In this document: piece by piece, positions 28,970 through 39,377 of the stretch
Layout: every line of letters begins with the position of its first letter
Numbering within the stretch: the first letter of the stretch is position 1
Source: a virus
Taxonomy: Duplodnaviria > Caudoviricetes
IMG/VR virus record: IMGVR_UViG_3300013368_000005
Span: 122,591 to 186,590 of that record
DNA length: 64,000 nucleotides
Reading direction: 5' to 3' (one strand)
Made by a program: the position numbers and the translations under genes
Notes under the pieces: generated by a model
Databases searched by the model: none
What the model saw: the letters and a program-made list of their open reading frames with translations, nothing else
Told to the model about the DNA's origin: nothing

Positions 28970-29756
28970 ATCTTTTTGTAGGTATTTTCTGAGTACCAGT
29001 ATACTCAAAGTTACTAGAATCAAGAGTAATCTTATTAGGATTTTCTGTAGAATTCATCCAGTCTAAAGCAGCTTGTGCTTTTTGGTATATCACTTCTCCT
29101 TTTACAGGGAAGCAGTTAAATTCAACACTTAACTCTTTATTTCCTATCTCTCCTTTTTCAGAGTTATAAATATTAGTCTCAGCTGTAGTTGGCTGACCAG
29201 CTAATAGTAAATAAGATTTTTCTATTTTTCTAAATGTGTTATCAGTAACACCATATAGTAATATAAAAGTCTCATTTTCATAACCGTCTTCTAATTTACC
29301 TTGCTCAATTAAGCCATGATAAGTCTTAACTTGAGTTCTTGGATCTTTAATCCCAGTAAGGAATAATTCATGAAGTTTAGTTATAGTAGAACCACTCTTC
29401 TCAAAGAATCTCATTTGAACTTGAGAAGCAGACTGCTCCATTACTTTACTTATAATATTTAATGTAGAAATACCATTAGTATTATCTAATGTCTCAGATG
29501 TAATATTTTCTATTCCATCTAAACCTCTAAATTCATATTCTAGAATATGTGTATAGTTATCTAAAAGATTCCTATATTCTGTATTCTCTGAAGCAAGCAT
29601 TTCTAAAAATTTAGGTACTTGGCAAACTATTAAAAAGGAGTAGCCTGTTTCATAGTTATTGAATTGAGCCAAATTACCAAAGTCAGTAACACCTTGCATA
29701 AGCTTATATTGTGTTAAGTTTCTTGGTTGTTTAGTTCCTGAGAACATTGAAGCCAT
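28968..29756 (-). CDS. Tail tube protein (probable)
   Basis: Directly downstream of the sheath gene; size and beta-rich pattern fit jumbo-phage tube proteins. Confidence 0.6.
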   Translation of the reverse strand: MASMFSGTKQPRNLTQYKLMQGVTDFGNLAQFNNYETGYSFLIVCQVPKFLEMLASENTEYRNLLDNYTHILEYEFRGLDGIENITSETLDNTNGISTLNIISKVMEQSASQVQMRFFEKSGSTITKLHELFLTGIKDPRTQVKTYHGLIEQGKLEDGYENETFILLYGVTDNTFRKIEKSYLLLAGQPTTAETNIYNSEKGEIGNKELSVEFNCFPVKGEVIYQKAQAALDWMNSTENPNKITLDSSNFEYTGTQKIPTKR

Positions 29757-29770
29757 TATTCAGCACCTCC

Positions 29771-31612
29771 TTAATTAAATGCGTAAACTTTAAAGTACTC
29801 TGTTTGAACGAAGTCTTTAAATTTAACGTGAATTGCAGCATAGTAAACTTTGTTAGCTATCATAGTTTCATCTTTTAGATATTCTAATTTTAACGTAACA
29901 AAGTTATTTGAATATTTATCAAGTACAGATTGACAATCTTCTTGGTATTTTTCTAAGTCTTGACCAGTAATAAAACTGTATCTAATCTTAGGACATCTAG
30001 TCCTTAATGCCTTAACTACTTCTTGTATAGCCAATACGTTATTAGCATAAGAGAATTGAGAATCTAACTCTTGAGAAGTATAAAGAGTTTCAACAGTTAA
30101 TACACCATCTATATAACTAGCATAGTTAACTCTTAAATCTTCTAATAATTCTTTTTGATTATAAGATGGAGTTATTTTTGGTAAGAAATTTACTGTTCCT
30201 TCTATAGCTTCATTTATAACCATATTGTGAAGTTGTCCAGCTATTGGACGACTCCTTCCATTTCTAAAGTGTTCTATCAACAATCTGGATAAACTGTAAG
30301 TTATTGTTACAGGTATTTGTTTCTTAGTAAATGGATCTAAGATATCATATGAAGTAAGATAAGTTAAATTAAACTTATTTTTCATATATTCAGAAACTGC
30401 TGATTTGATTTCTTCAAATGTACGAATACCAATACCTATATCTCTTAAGAATATAGCATCTTCTCTAAATGTAGCTAATTTTTCTATTTCTTTTTTTACT
30501 TCTAGAGGATAGTTAGCATCCATTATAAGATCTATTTTGTAGTTATCTAAATCATATATTTCATTTGAGAATTCTCCATTAAAGAATTTCTTTAATTCAT
30601 TTGTATAAGCTTGAGTTCCAAATGGTATTTCATTAAATAAACCATTAGAACCATGTTCTAAATCTATTCCATAAGCATATGAAAGATTTATAGCATCTTC
30701 AGACTCTAAATCTACTTTAATATTACTCATAGCATTAGAATTTCTTTCTTTACCAAATAGTATATCTTGATTTAAGCAATAATCAAAATCATTTTTGCTT
30801 ATTTCAGCAACTTTAGATAAGAACTTAACTAAATTAGCTTCAAACATTACACAATCTAATTGATTAGATGTAGATTTTATTACAGTTTGAATAGATCTAT
30901 TTGTGCCAGCTTCTATTATATCTGGATTCATAGTAAATATAAGGGTCTCTATTTTATTAGAGTTCTCAATTACTTGGAATTCATATTTCATATATCCAGC
31001 TTGCTTAGAATTATTGTAATCTGGTGATACTCTAATTCTCTTTTGACTTAACCCTCTACCATTATCTGTTACTACAAATAAAGGATAAGTAAATGTTCCA
31101 GTAGCACCTACTTCATCGAGCATAGCTTCAATAGAAGTTTCTACAGTATCTATTTTCTTAGCACCTTCTACAGCATTACATGTATAAGATACATTAGCAA
31201 TAGTAATCATTAATGGTGTATTACCTGTTACAGTTGTAGTTTCTTGTCCAGAAACACTATCTGTATATAATAATTCTCCAGCAGGATTTTTCTTCTGAAC
31301 TTCTTCAGATTTAACTTTAGCAACTACTGCTAAGTTTGCAAGTGTAGAGTCTTCAGCTACTACCCTTTTTGCTAATATAGTACCACCATTAGCTATGATA
31401 TTATTAGCTTGTAATAATGGTTGACCATGTTTTATAAATGATATATCTGTTCCGTATAGTTTGTAAAATAAATCACCTTTTACTGTTCTTAATTCTTCAG
31501 GACCTTTAGATGAACTAAATGCAGTTAAGAACAATGGTTCTGATACTTCAGGTTTAGTTATCACAGGACTTGTAGAATTGTCAATTAATTCAAATATAGT
31601 TGACGGAATCAT
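29771..31612 (-). CDS. Contractile tail sheath protein
   Basis: N-terminal SSKGPEE..FYKLYG, KRVV; C-terminal sheath domain (DANYP, RVNY, acidic/basic terminal strands). Confidence 0.8.
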   Translation of the reverse strand: MIPSTIFELIDNSTSPVITKPEVSEPLFLTAFSSSKGPEELRTVKGDLFYKLYGTDISFIKHGQPLLQANNIIANGGTILAKRVVAEDSTLANLAVVAKVKSEEVQKKNPAGELLYTDSVSGQETTTVTGNTPLMITIANVSYTCNAVEGAKKIDTVETSIEAMLDEVGATGTFTYPLFVVTDNGRGLSQKRIRVSPDYNNSKQAGYMKYEFQVIENSNKIETLIFTMNPDIIEAGTNRSIQTVIKSTSNQLDCVMFEANLVKFLSKVAEISKNDFDYCLNQDILFGKERNSNAMSNIKVDLESEDAINLSYAYGIDLEHGSNGLFNEIPFGTQAYTNELKKFFNGEFSNEIYDLDNYKIDLIMDANYPLEVKKEIEKLATFREDAIFLRDIGIGIRTFEEIKSAVSEYMKNKFNLTYLTSYDILDPFTKKQIPVTITYSLSRLLIEHFRNGRSRPIAGQLHNMVINEAIEGTVNFLPKITPSYNQKELLEDLRVNYASYIDGVLTVETLYTSQELDSQFSYANNVLAIQEVVKALRTRCPKIRYSFITGQDLEKYQEDCQSVLDKYSNNFVTLKLEYLKDETMIANKVYYAAIHVKFKDFVQTEYFKVYAFN

Positions 31613-31650
31613 ATAAGTTACCTCCTTTTATTATTTATAAATTATAACCT

Positions 31651-31662
31651 TATTCATATGTT
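31651..31662 (-). promoter_or_regulatory. Late-type promoter AACA-N6-TA (sheath-tube operon)
   Basis: AACATATGAATA on the minus strand. Confidence 0.7.
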
Positions 31663-31670
31663 ATATTGCA

Positions 31671-32393
31671 TTAAGTCGTTAGTAACTTTTCCAATGGGGT
31701 GTATTTTGGATTTTCATTTAACATAGCATACATCAATGATTCATCCCAATTTTCACTAGTAATAGATGCAGAAGGTGAAACATATTTAGGAATAGATTTA
31801 ACACTTATACCACTATATGCATTCATATCTTTCATATTTGTATGCCTAAATAGGACTTTAGGGTTATTTATATCTCTGAAGGATTCTGATATCATAATAC
31901 CAAATAACTGTGCGGTTATACCATAGTCAGCTCCATTCAAACGAATATTCTCTAAAAAATAATTTTGTATTTCATTATATGGTATTGTATTTGGAAGCTT
32001 ACCACTATTAAATATTTTAAAAAATTCTTCAGCATTGTCTACCATTTGTGGAACTTTAACGGATACTATAACTTGATCACCTTGTTTAAATTTTAATAAT
32101 CTGTAATCTTGTTCTGGTGAATTTTTAGTCAATTTTACATTTTTAGATTTCTCCATTTCGCTTGGTCTTGCTAAGAATACTGTAGGAAATCTAAATTGTT
32201 TTAACCCAGAACTTTTTCCTTTTTCATCAAAGACAGCATAGTCTAATACTCCTATTAAATTTACATAATCGCCTACCATTAATGCAAATTTTCTTTCAAA
32301 ATACATCTCAGGAACATAGAAAACTAGTTCCCCTTTTTGATTAAATAATAAAGAATCTTTATCCCTCTTAAGAAATTTTGGTACATCATACAT
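31671..32393 (-). CDS. Virion RNA polymerase beta' subunit, C-terminal fragment (probable)
   Basis: IQNYFLENIRLNGADYGITAQLFGIMISE and GISVKSIPKYVSPSASITSENWDESLMYA parallel the RpoC C-terminus ([51 protein letters not shown]); late promoter at 32409-32420. Confidence 0.65.
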   Translation of the reverse strand: MYDVPKFLKRDKDSLLFNQKGELVFYVPEMYFERKFALMVGDYVNLIGVLDYAVFDEKGKSSGLKQFRFPTVFLARPSEMEKSKNVKLTKNSPEQDYRLLKFKQGDQVIVSVKVPQMVDNAEEFFKIFNSGKLPNTIPYNEIQNYFLENIRLNGADYGITAQLFGIMISESFRDINNPKVLFRHTNMKDMNAYSGISVKSIPKYVSPSASITSENWDESLMYAMLNENPKYTPLEKLLTT

Positions 32394-32444
32394 AATTTAT
32401 CATCTCCTTATTCTATTGTTATATTTGTAAATTTGGCAAAAAAT

Positions 32445-32472
32445 AAAAGCGTAGGTATTATCCTACGCTTTT
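32445..32472. terminator. Intrinsic terminator
   Basis: AAAAGCGTAGG / CCTACGCTTTT. Confidence 0.7.
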
Positions 32473-32474
32473 TA

Positions 32475-32882
32475 TTAAATAAAATTATCATGTCTGTGAA
32501 GCATTATTAAATAATCATATGGTTCAAGTATATCTTTATACTCCTCATAAAACTGTTCAGATAGATCCTGGTATCTACATAATAAGTTTGGAGCTATCCT
32601 TTTAAAATGTTTTCTTAAAAAGATTTCCGATAATCTATGATGCCTACATAATAAATTTAAGTCAAATTTATCAATATATTTTTCTATAAAGTTTTCAGAT
32701 AAATTATGTTGATATCTAGCCACTCTACTAAAATCTAATTTGTCTAAATTTTCCTCTAATAAATTTTCTGGAAATTCTTCTCTAACTCTTAATGCTGTAC
32801 ACCAATCTATAGTACCATTAGATATCTCTTCTTCTAGTTCCTTTACTGACATCGTGTTATAATCTTTAATTAAACTTTCCAT
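32475..32882 (-). CDS. Short helical-repeat protein (about 22-aa LSExF units)
   Basis: RYQHNLSENFIEKY / RHHRLSEIFLRKH / RYQDLSEQFYEEY. Confidence 0.7.
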   Translation of the reverse strand: MESLIKDYNTMSVKELEEEISNGTIDWCTALRVREEFPENLLEENLDKLDFSRVARYQHNLSENFIEKYIDKFDLNLLCRHHRLSEIFLRKHFKRIAPNLLCRYQDLSEQFYEEYKDILEPYDYLIMLHRHDNFI

Positions 32883-32906
32883 AATTTAAGCCCCCCTAAT
32901 ATTTAA

Positions 32907-33239
32907 TTATTTTTTCATATATTTATATACTTTATAATTCAAATACATGAAGAATATTATGTCTAATAAACATATTAAAATAGCAATAATCATTAATAAA
33001 TTCATATTTGATATTGCTGCTATCATATTACGTGTTATAAATGTATTAAGAAATGGTATAATACATACTTCAATAAATAAAATAACCCATAACTTAATTA
33101 ATAATTCAATATGACCATTATACAATGCAATAAATGAACAAGTTGCAGCAACCAGAATAGATACTACTCCAATTGAATACATAGTGATTAATAATGTGAC
33201 AAATACTCCAAAAATCCCTGCCAAAAAATCAAAATTCAT
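32907..33239 (-). CDS. Small membrane protein (about 3 TM)
   Basis: Hydrophobic; SD GGGGG; early promoter upstream. Confidence 0.7.
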   Translation of the reverse strand: MNFDFLAGIFGVFVTLLITMYSIGVVSILVAATCSFIALYNGHIELLIKLWVILFIEVCIIPFLNTFITRNMIAAISNMNLLMIIAILICLLDIIFFMYLNYKVYKYMKK

Positions 33240-33284
33240 GTTTATCCCCCTTTTTTAATTTTAATAATACTCTTTTTCCATAAT

Positions 33285-33298
33285 TATAATATATAATT
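33285..33298 (-). promoter_or_regulatory. Early-type promoter AATTATATATTATA
   Basis: Exact 14-mer on the minus strand. Confidence 0.7.
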
Positions 33299-33318
33299 TA
33301 GTTTTGTTTTATAATTAA

Positions 33319-33642
33319 TTATATATCTTTTTTATCATCTTCATATATATATTTATTATTATTTAATAACTTTGACATATAATATAAATTTAAAGATATT
33401 ATAAGTATCTTTAAAAATAAATATAATATATTTTGGTTACATACTATAGTTATCAACAATAGCCCTATTGTACTAATAATAATAAATATTATATAATCTC
33501 TTAAAAATCGTTTATTTATAGTAATAGAAAGCATGGATGGTATGGTATAAAATAGGTCTATCCCTATACTAATTATTAATACCCAACTTAATGTAATTAT
33601 GCCTAAATATATTACACTGATTATTCCGTTTATTGAATTCAT
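33319..33642 (-). CDS. Small membrane protein (about 3 TM)
   Basis: Hydrophobic; overlaps the stop of the upstream gene. Confidence 0.65.
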   Translation of the reverse strand: MNSINGIISVIYLGIITLSWVLIISIGIDLFYTIPSMLSITINKRFLRDYIIFIIISTIGLLLITIVCNQNILYLFLKILIISLNLYYMSKLLNNNKYIYEDDKKDI

Positions 33643-33965
33643 TTCTGCACATCCTCCTTATTATTTATATATTTATCATGTATTAATATATTATAATAAC
33701 CAAATTTATATATTGCAATTGAAATAATAATTTGCAATAACCCCATTTTAATTGGTGATGTTGTAGTAAGTGTCCCATTAAAATATTTCCACATTGTAAC
33801 AACTAAAAGTATCTGTAATATTATAGCTACACATTGTACAAATGCTAATAATTTAAATTTAGATATATAATGTAAGTCATATATAAGCATAAGTATGTTT
33901 ATCAAAGATGAAATTAAAGATTGAACTATTAACATTATGGTAAGAAATACTATAATCTTATTCAT
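33639..33965 (-). CDS. Small membrane protein (about 3 TM)
   Basis: Hydrophobic; SD AAGGAGG. Confidence 0.7.
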   Translation of the reverse strand: MNKIIVFLTIMLIVQSLISSLINILMLIYDLHYISKFKLLAFVQCVAIILQILLVVTMWKYFNGTLTTTSPIKMGLLQIIISIAIYKFGYYNILIHDKYINNKEDVQK

Positions 33966-33989
33966 AATTTATTACCTCCTTATATAATA

Positions 33990-34022
33990 AATACACCAAT
34001 ATGCAATGCATATTGGTGTATT
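33990..34022. terminator. Intrinsic terminator
   Basis: AATACACCAATATGCA-A-TGCATATTGGTGTATT. Confidence 0.65.
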
Positions 34023-34028
34023 CTTTGT

Positions 34029-34445
34029 TTATACAGATTGCCAAGATATCAGTCTAACTGTTTCTTCTTTAGTCAAGTATACATTTTTCTCAACATCTGG
34101 TAAATTGGTTAATATTGTTATCGCTCTTACATAATTAACAGATATTGTTCTTAAATCTGTATTATAATCTTTAGAACAATCAAGTCCTATTGAAAACTTT
34201 GTTGCAGAAGGGATTAAAGAATTGTTAATATCCATGTCTTTCCATATATTTCTTATCACTCCTACCACAGTAGTGAATTTGGTACAATCTCTATCAATAT
34301 AGCTTATTTCAATTAAATCACCCTCTGAAATAATTGTTTGTATAGGTTCTATTAATCCAATTTTAGAAATAGATATTTTTAATTGATTAATAAGTTCAGC
34401 TTCTATAGTTAGTATAACTTCTGAACTCTCTATTATATTATCCAT
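34029..34445 (-). CDS. Hypothetical protein
   Basis: SD AAGGAG. Confidence 0.65.
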   Translation of the reverse strand: MDNIIESSEVILTIEAELINQLKISISKIGLIEPIQTIISEGDLIEISYIDRDCTKFTTVVGVIRNIWKDMDINNSLIPSATKFSIGLDCSKDYNTDLRTISVNYVRAITILTNLPDVEKNVYLTKEETVRLISWQSV

Positions 34446-34477
34446 AAGACCAACTCCTTTCTTACTATAATGTGGAG

Positions 34478-35623
34478 TTATTGTTTATTATTAAGCTCTA
34501 AATCAGCTTTATTTTTAATAAGTTCTAAAACCTCTTTAATATTTTTAATTAGCTCAATATAATATTGATTGTCCATTTGTAGATGTTCAAGCATTAATAT
34601 ATTATTTATAGTGTAGTACATAAATGTATGATCCACTGGATTATCACTCTTCATATTTAATGAAATCCTGCATATTAATACTATGATTTTTTCGATATCT
34701 TCCTTAGTATATTTTTCAGGAAGGTGTCTATCTAAAGCCTTTGCTATTAGGTTGATATCTTTTATTTTAAATTTAGAGTTTGCATATTTATAGTTAAAAT
34801 CAGAACAATATTTTTTATATTTTCTAATTTCTTTATCTAATCTTTTACCTGCTAAGAGATTTTCTTTTAAAGCATTTTTTAATGCTGTAAATTCTCGAGC
34901 TGTTTTATGCATATTTGCTATTTCTCTAAACTGTTTTGCTTTTACTGGATGTTTTTCCTCTATCATTTGAGCTTTCTTTTCCAATTCAACTTCCAAGAAG
35001 TCTATTTCATGCTCTGCATACATATCTACCAATCCTGGAATATCCAATTCTTTTCTTAAAGCCTCCTGAAAATCTATGAATGTATCTTCAGTTCTTATCT
35101 GATTCATAAAAAATTCGAATAAATCCTTAGCTGCTCTATTTACAATTCGTAAGTCAGTTGTTCCAGCTAATTGATAAGCCATTTGAACCATAGGAGTTGG
35201 TAATTCTGATAATAAATTAATCTTTTCTTTATTATTTGTCTTTTGCATTACTCCTAATAATTTTATCACATCATCATCAGAGAGGTCTAATCCGTCTTTT
35301 ATATTACTCTTTAATTCTTCACTATTTAAAAGTTTTTCATTTATTTTTTCTTCAGTTACCTGCTCTACAATATCAGATAATGAAACATCTGCATTTCCTG
35401 GAGCCGATTGAGAAAAGTCTTTTTCTCCAGTATTTGGATTAACGCAAACATATCCTTCTTGTGATATAATACCATCTTTTTGTATAGTATTAAATGGGAA
35501 CGGTGTATCATCTTCTTGGATCTCTCTAAGATGTTTTACTTCATCAGGGAGATTTTCTCCCAAAACTTCTGATACTATTTCTACTTGTTCATCTGTTAAT
35601 TGAATTCCTTTTCTTTCTTCCAT
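34478..35623 (-). CDS. Hypothetical protein, probably virion/morphogenesis
   Basis: 381 aa; late operon next to terminase. Confidence 0.6.
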   Translation of the reverse strand: MEERKGIQLTDEQVEIVSEVLGENLPDEVKHLREIQEDDTPFPFNTIQKDGIISQEGYVCVNPNTGEKDFSQSAPGNADVSLSDIVEQVTEEKINEKLLNSEELKSNIKDGLDLSDDDVIKLLGVMQKTNNKEKINLLSELPTPMVQMAYQLAGTTDLRIVNRAAKDLFEFFMNQIRTEDTFIDFQEALRKELDIPGLVDMYAEHEIDFLEVELEKKAQMIEEKHPVKAKQFREIANMHKTAREFTALKNALKENLLAGKRLDKEIRKYKKYCSDFNYKYANSKFKIKDINLIAKALDRHLPEKYTKEDIEKIIVLICRISLNMKSDNPVDHTFMYYTINNILMLEHLQMDNQYYIELIKNIKEVLELIKNKADLELNNKQ

Positions 35624-35636
35624 AATAAAAATCCTC

Positions 35637-36416
35637 CTAAATATTATTTATATTTATATCTTCAGACATTGATAGTTTTTGTATACTCAATCTTATGTCT
35701 GTTATTAGTATTGGTCTAAATTGACTTTGCATAAATCCAGATATATGATATTTAAAAAAGTCATGTACAGGTTGTATAGTATTCTCTAAAAATTTAACTA
35801 TATTTTTATTATCATATATACAATTTAATAAAGTATTCATATCTATATCAAATACGAATATACTATTAATTACAAATTCTAAATTTGCATTTATTATAGC
35901 AATTTTAGAATTTTTATATGTTTTCTTATTGTATATTGTAGTGGTATCTTTTGATCTTTTTAAATCATTTAATTCTAAATAATCGTATAAATAGTTCTTT
36001 TCTTTCATAATATAATTTGTAAAGAAAAGAACTACGTTATTTTTAAAGTCTGACACTAAAAAACTATATAGATAATATGCTATAGAATAATAATCCTCAT
36101 TATCTAAATTTTGATTTAATTGTAAATTATATTCTCTACAGAGAATATCTATTATTTCTTTATAAGTTTCTTCCCTTGTTTGTTTAATATTTTGTAGATC
36201 TAATTCCGATGTATAAATTGACATCAGTTGTTTAAATCTGTTCTCGTAAGCTGCTACTATATTTGGCATACCTATTTGGTAATATTCTGTTTTTCGTGTT
36301 ATATTATCTTTTATCACATTAAATAAAAACTCACTATTAAAATGTGATAATATTATAGAAACCTCATTTTCTGTATTAATATTATATGTGTTATTTGCTG
36401 CTAAAAAACCACTCAT
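35637..36416 (-). CDS. Hypothetical protein, probably virion structural
   Basis: Late promoter at 36446-36457; adjacent to terminase. Confidence 0.6.
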   Translation of the reverse strand: MSGFLAANNTYNINTENEVSIILSHFNSEFLFNVIKDNITRKTEYYQIGMPNIVAAYENRFKQLMSIYTSELDLQNIKQTREETYKEIIDILCREYNLQLNQNLDNEDYYSIAYYLYSFLVSDFKNNVVLFFTNYIMKEKNYLYDYLELNDLKRSKDTTTIYNKKTYKNSKIAIINANLEFVINSIFVFDIDMNTLLNCIYDNKNIVKFLENTIQPVHDFFKYHISGFMQSQFRPILITDIRLSIQKLSMSEDININNI

Positions 36417-36505
36417 TGAAACTTCCCCCTCATCAATCTTGAATTTACTCTATTGTTATCTAACAGATAGATTTTGACATAGAGGTTGTCCTCTATGTCA
36501 ATCTT

Positions 36506-38656
36506 CTATCCTACATCTTGTTCATCTTCATTAAAATTTGTATATATATCATTAGGTATAGTATACATACTGTTATCATTTAAAGTTTGGGGATCTACAT
36601 GGAATTTATCTATATATGCTTGTCTTCCGACTTTACTCATTAATATATCATTCATTGCCTGTCTATCTTTTGCTTCTTCTTGTTGCATCCATGTTTCATA
36701 CGCTACCGACTTAGAGGAATTGAGATATTCCAATTGTTGTTTAATTTCATCAGAAGTACCTTCATTCATTTCAAGTTCTGGCATGACATCATCATATTTA
36801 TCTTCTAATTTTATGATTGCTTCTTCAGCATCTTCATCTGTTTTAATAGATGATTTTTGAATACCCCATCTTTCCATTACATCTCTGCCCTCATACCAAA
36901 TGTATAAAGCCATTAAATAAGAAAATATTTGGTCATCATGTCCATTACTAGTATGCTCTACTCTTCCATTTTTCTTAACTTCTAGAGTTTGTAATTCATT
37001 AAATATATTAGGAGATATAAATTTATCTTTATGATGTTCCATTCTTTGCCTCAATATATCTATTAATGTTTCTCTAACTACTTTTGTGGAGTCCAATCCA
37101 TATACTTTTGTTTTTTGGATCTTTTTACTTATAGTATTTCCTCCACCAAAACGTTCTTCTACTACCTTATCTTTTATTTCAAAGAATAGATTCTTTTTAA
37201 TGCTTGTAGAAACTAATTTAGCTAATACTGATGCCCCATATCCGCCGTTACGCTCAATGTTTACAACAGCATTAGGCATATATTTTGTAACTAATTCATG
37301 AATTACACTAGCCAAATCAATTGTATTAATATAGTTACAATTGAAATCGGCTACAACCCGTGTGGTTCTAGAATCAACAATAGTTATAGCAGAAGCATCT
37401 CTTCTATATCCTCCAGATACGTCAACACCTACTAATGGCGGATATTTTAAGTTCATTTCTTCATATATATCAAATTTATAGAATCTGTTTAGTATAATAC
37501 TTCTAATCGGTTGTTTAACAAGACTTTTTACTATATCTAAATCTTCTTTTCTAAATGGAGAGTTATCAGATGCCGCAGCCCATTCAAGAAGAACTTCACG
37601 CCTAATAGCAGCCCAGTCTTTTTGCATATCGATAACGATACTCTTAAACCATTCTTCATCTCTTCCTAATTGTTGGTAAGTATATCTTATATAGACAAAT
37701 GAAGAATCTTTATTTTTAGATAATAATTCCATCAATTGTTCTTTAGGCATATCATACCAACTCTCATCAAACTTAGTTGCATTTTCCTTCATGATATATG
37801 CATCATTACCCATTTCAGTAGTCATATCACCTGGTGTCGTAGTGATAATGATTCCATGAGGGGATCTATTATTTTTTGCGTTCATAGATGCAGTTTTAAA
37901 TGCAGGAACAGCTGCAAGATATATAATTTTATTATAAGGTATAAATGCAAACTCATCGTACCATATTCTAGGTATAGTAAGTCCTCTTCCTAAACTATTA
38001 GCATTTACCTTATTTCTAGCAGATGCTAATGTTTTAATTCTGTTACCATTCATTGGGTGTTCTAAAGATTCAACGTTTTCCTTATTTTTAATTTTTTTAC
38101 CATCAGGAGCAAATCCTTCTGTCATCCTTAAATATTTAGGTAAAGCATCTCTTATATCTTTTAAACGTCGTAAGTTAAGTTTCGAGTCATCAAATTTCTT
38201 ATTTACAAATACCATTTCGGAACTTGTAGCAGCAAATTGATATTCATACAGAACTCTGCATATGATTCCTATAGTTTTACCAAACTGTCTTGGCAATTCT
38301 GCAAATATATTCATATTATGAACTATACAGAAGTTCATAGCTAAGTTTCCTCTATGAAGTTGATATCTAGAACCACTGTCAGCAGCAGCTCCTTCTTGTG
38401 GTATTATTACAATTTCCCTTAAGAAATACCAATAGTTACTTAAACATTCACGCAATATTTTCCTTTTCATAAATTCATTAAGCTTAGGATCACGTGGATT
38501 AATAGCAGCTAAATCTGGATCTAATAATGCTAAGAAAAAAGCATTATTTGTAATCCCTTTATCTTTTAAAAATAAATACATATCCCTAAAAGATTTATTG
38601 GTAGTTTCAAAATGATAGTAGATTCTTTGTACTGCAGAGTTATTATAATCTACCAT
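36506..38656 (-). CDS. terL: Terminase large subunit
   Basis: Walker A PRQFGKT, Walker B IWYDE, coupling motif TTTP, RNase H-like nuclease VGVDVSGG, NIERN, HDD. Confidence 0.92.
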   Translation of the reverse strand: MVDYNNSAVQRIYYHFETTNKSFRDMYLFLKDKGITNNAFFLALLDPDLAAINPRDPKLNEFMKRKILRECLSNYWYFLREIVIIPQEGAAADSGSRYQLHRGNLAMNFCIVHNMNIFAELPRQFGKTIGIICRVLYEYQFAATSSEMVFVNKKFDDSKLNLRRLKDIRDALPKYLRMTEGFAPDGKKIKNKENVESLEHPMNGNRIKTLASARNKVNANSLGRGLTIPRIWYDEFAFIPYNKIIYLAAVPAFKTASMNAKNNRSPHGIIITTTPGDMTTEMGNDAYIMKENATKFDESWYDMPKEQLMELLSKNKDSSFVYIRYTYQQLGRDEEWFKSIVIDMQKDWAAIRREVLLEWAAASDNSPFRKEDLDIVKSLVKQPIRSIILNRFYKFDIYEEMNLKYPPLVGVDVSGGYRRDASAITIVDSRTTRVVADFNCNYINTIDLASVIHELVTKYMPNAVVNIERNGGYGASVLAKLVSTSIKKNLFFEIKDKVVEERFGGGNTISKKIQKTKVYGLDSTKVVRETLIDILRQRMEHHKDKFISPNIFNELQTLEVKKNGRVEHTSNGHDDQIFSYLMALYIWYEGRDVMERWGIQKSSIKTDEDAEEAIIKLEDKYDDVMPELEMNEGTSDEIKQQLEYLNSSKSVAYETWMQQEEAKDRQAMNDILMSKVGRQAYIDKFHVDPQTLNDNSMYTIPNDIYTNFNEDEQDVG

Positions 38657-38756
38657 TTATAGCACCTCCTTTGTTATTATTAATGTTGATATTTATAATA
38701 TGACTAAAAGTATTTAATTGAATATAACATTCAATTAAAATAAAAGGAGGGATTTC

Positions 38757-39020
38757 ATGGAATTTATTAATTTTATTTTAGAAAACAACCTAGTTGTAGT
38801 TGTAGTATTATACATCATAGGTATGATGCTTAAAGGAACAGAAAAAGTTCTCAACAAATATATCCCATTAATACTATTGCCTATAGGTATTGCATTAACT
38901 ATGGGAGTTATGCGAACTATATCTGTAGATGGTATAATACAAGGCATACTAGTAACAGGTACAGCAGTATATGCAGACCAAATTGTAAAACAACTTGGTA
39001 AAAATGAGGAGCAGAGATAA
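38757..39020 (+). CDS. Holin
   Basis: 87 aa with TM helices, NKYIPLILL...IIQGILVTG motif; upstream of the amidase; late promoter at 38726. Confidence 0.85.
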   Translation: MEFINFILENNLVVVVVLYIIGMMLKGTEKVLNKYIPLILLPIGIALTMGVMRTISVDGIIQGILVTGTAVYADQIVKQLGKNEEQR

Positions 39021-39086
39021 TTAAACTAGAGCAATGGTTAATTCCATTGCTCTCCTCTTTTTTTATTTGTAAAAGTCTACATATAT

Positions 39087-39100
39087 AATTATATATTATA
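39087..39100 (+). promoter_or_regulatory. Early-type promoter within an inverted repeat
   Basis: TCTACATATATAA...TTATATATGTAGA arms overlap AATTATATATTATA. Confidence 0.65.
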
Positions 39101-39165
39101 TATGTAGAGAGTTAATAGGAAATTACTATAAATTAAAAAATTGAGAAAAAGGGGAGAAATTGAAA

Positions 39166-39309
39166 ATGTCACGTTGTATAGATTTGAGCTGTCAGATAGA
39201 TAGGAGAAGTTATGAGCATAGGAAGTTTGACACTAAAGACAAGGAACAAGATATAAAAAATGCTTTAAATGCTATAAATAATCTATTATCTAAATATAAA
39301 GAAAAATAA
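39166..39309 (+). CDS. Small early protein (47 aa, MSRCIDLSCQ...)
   Basis: SD GGGGAG, own early promoter, small terminator hairpin after. Confidence 0.55.
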   Translation: MSRCIDLSCQIDRRSYEHRKFDTKDKEQDIKNALNAINNLLSKYKEK

Positions 39310-39377
39310 ACAGTAAACCTGTTTATTTTTTGTAATTAGAACATTACATTAAATAAAAAAGAAAGGAAGTAGGTATT

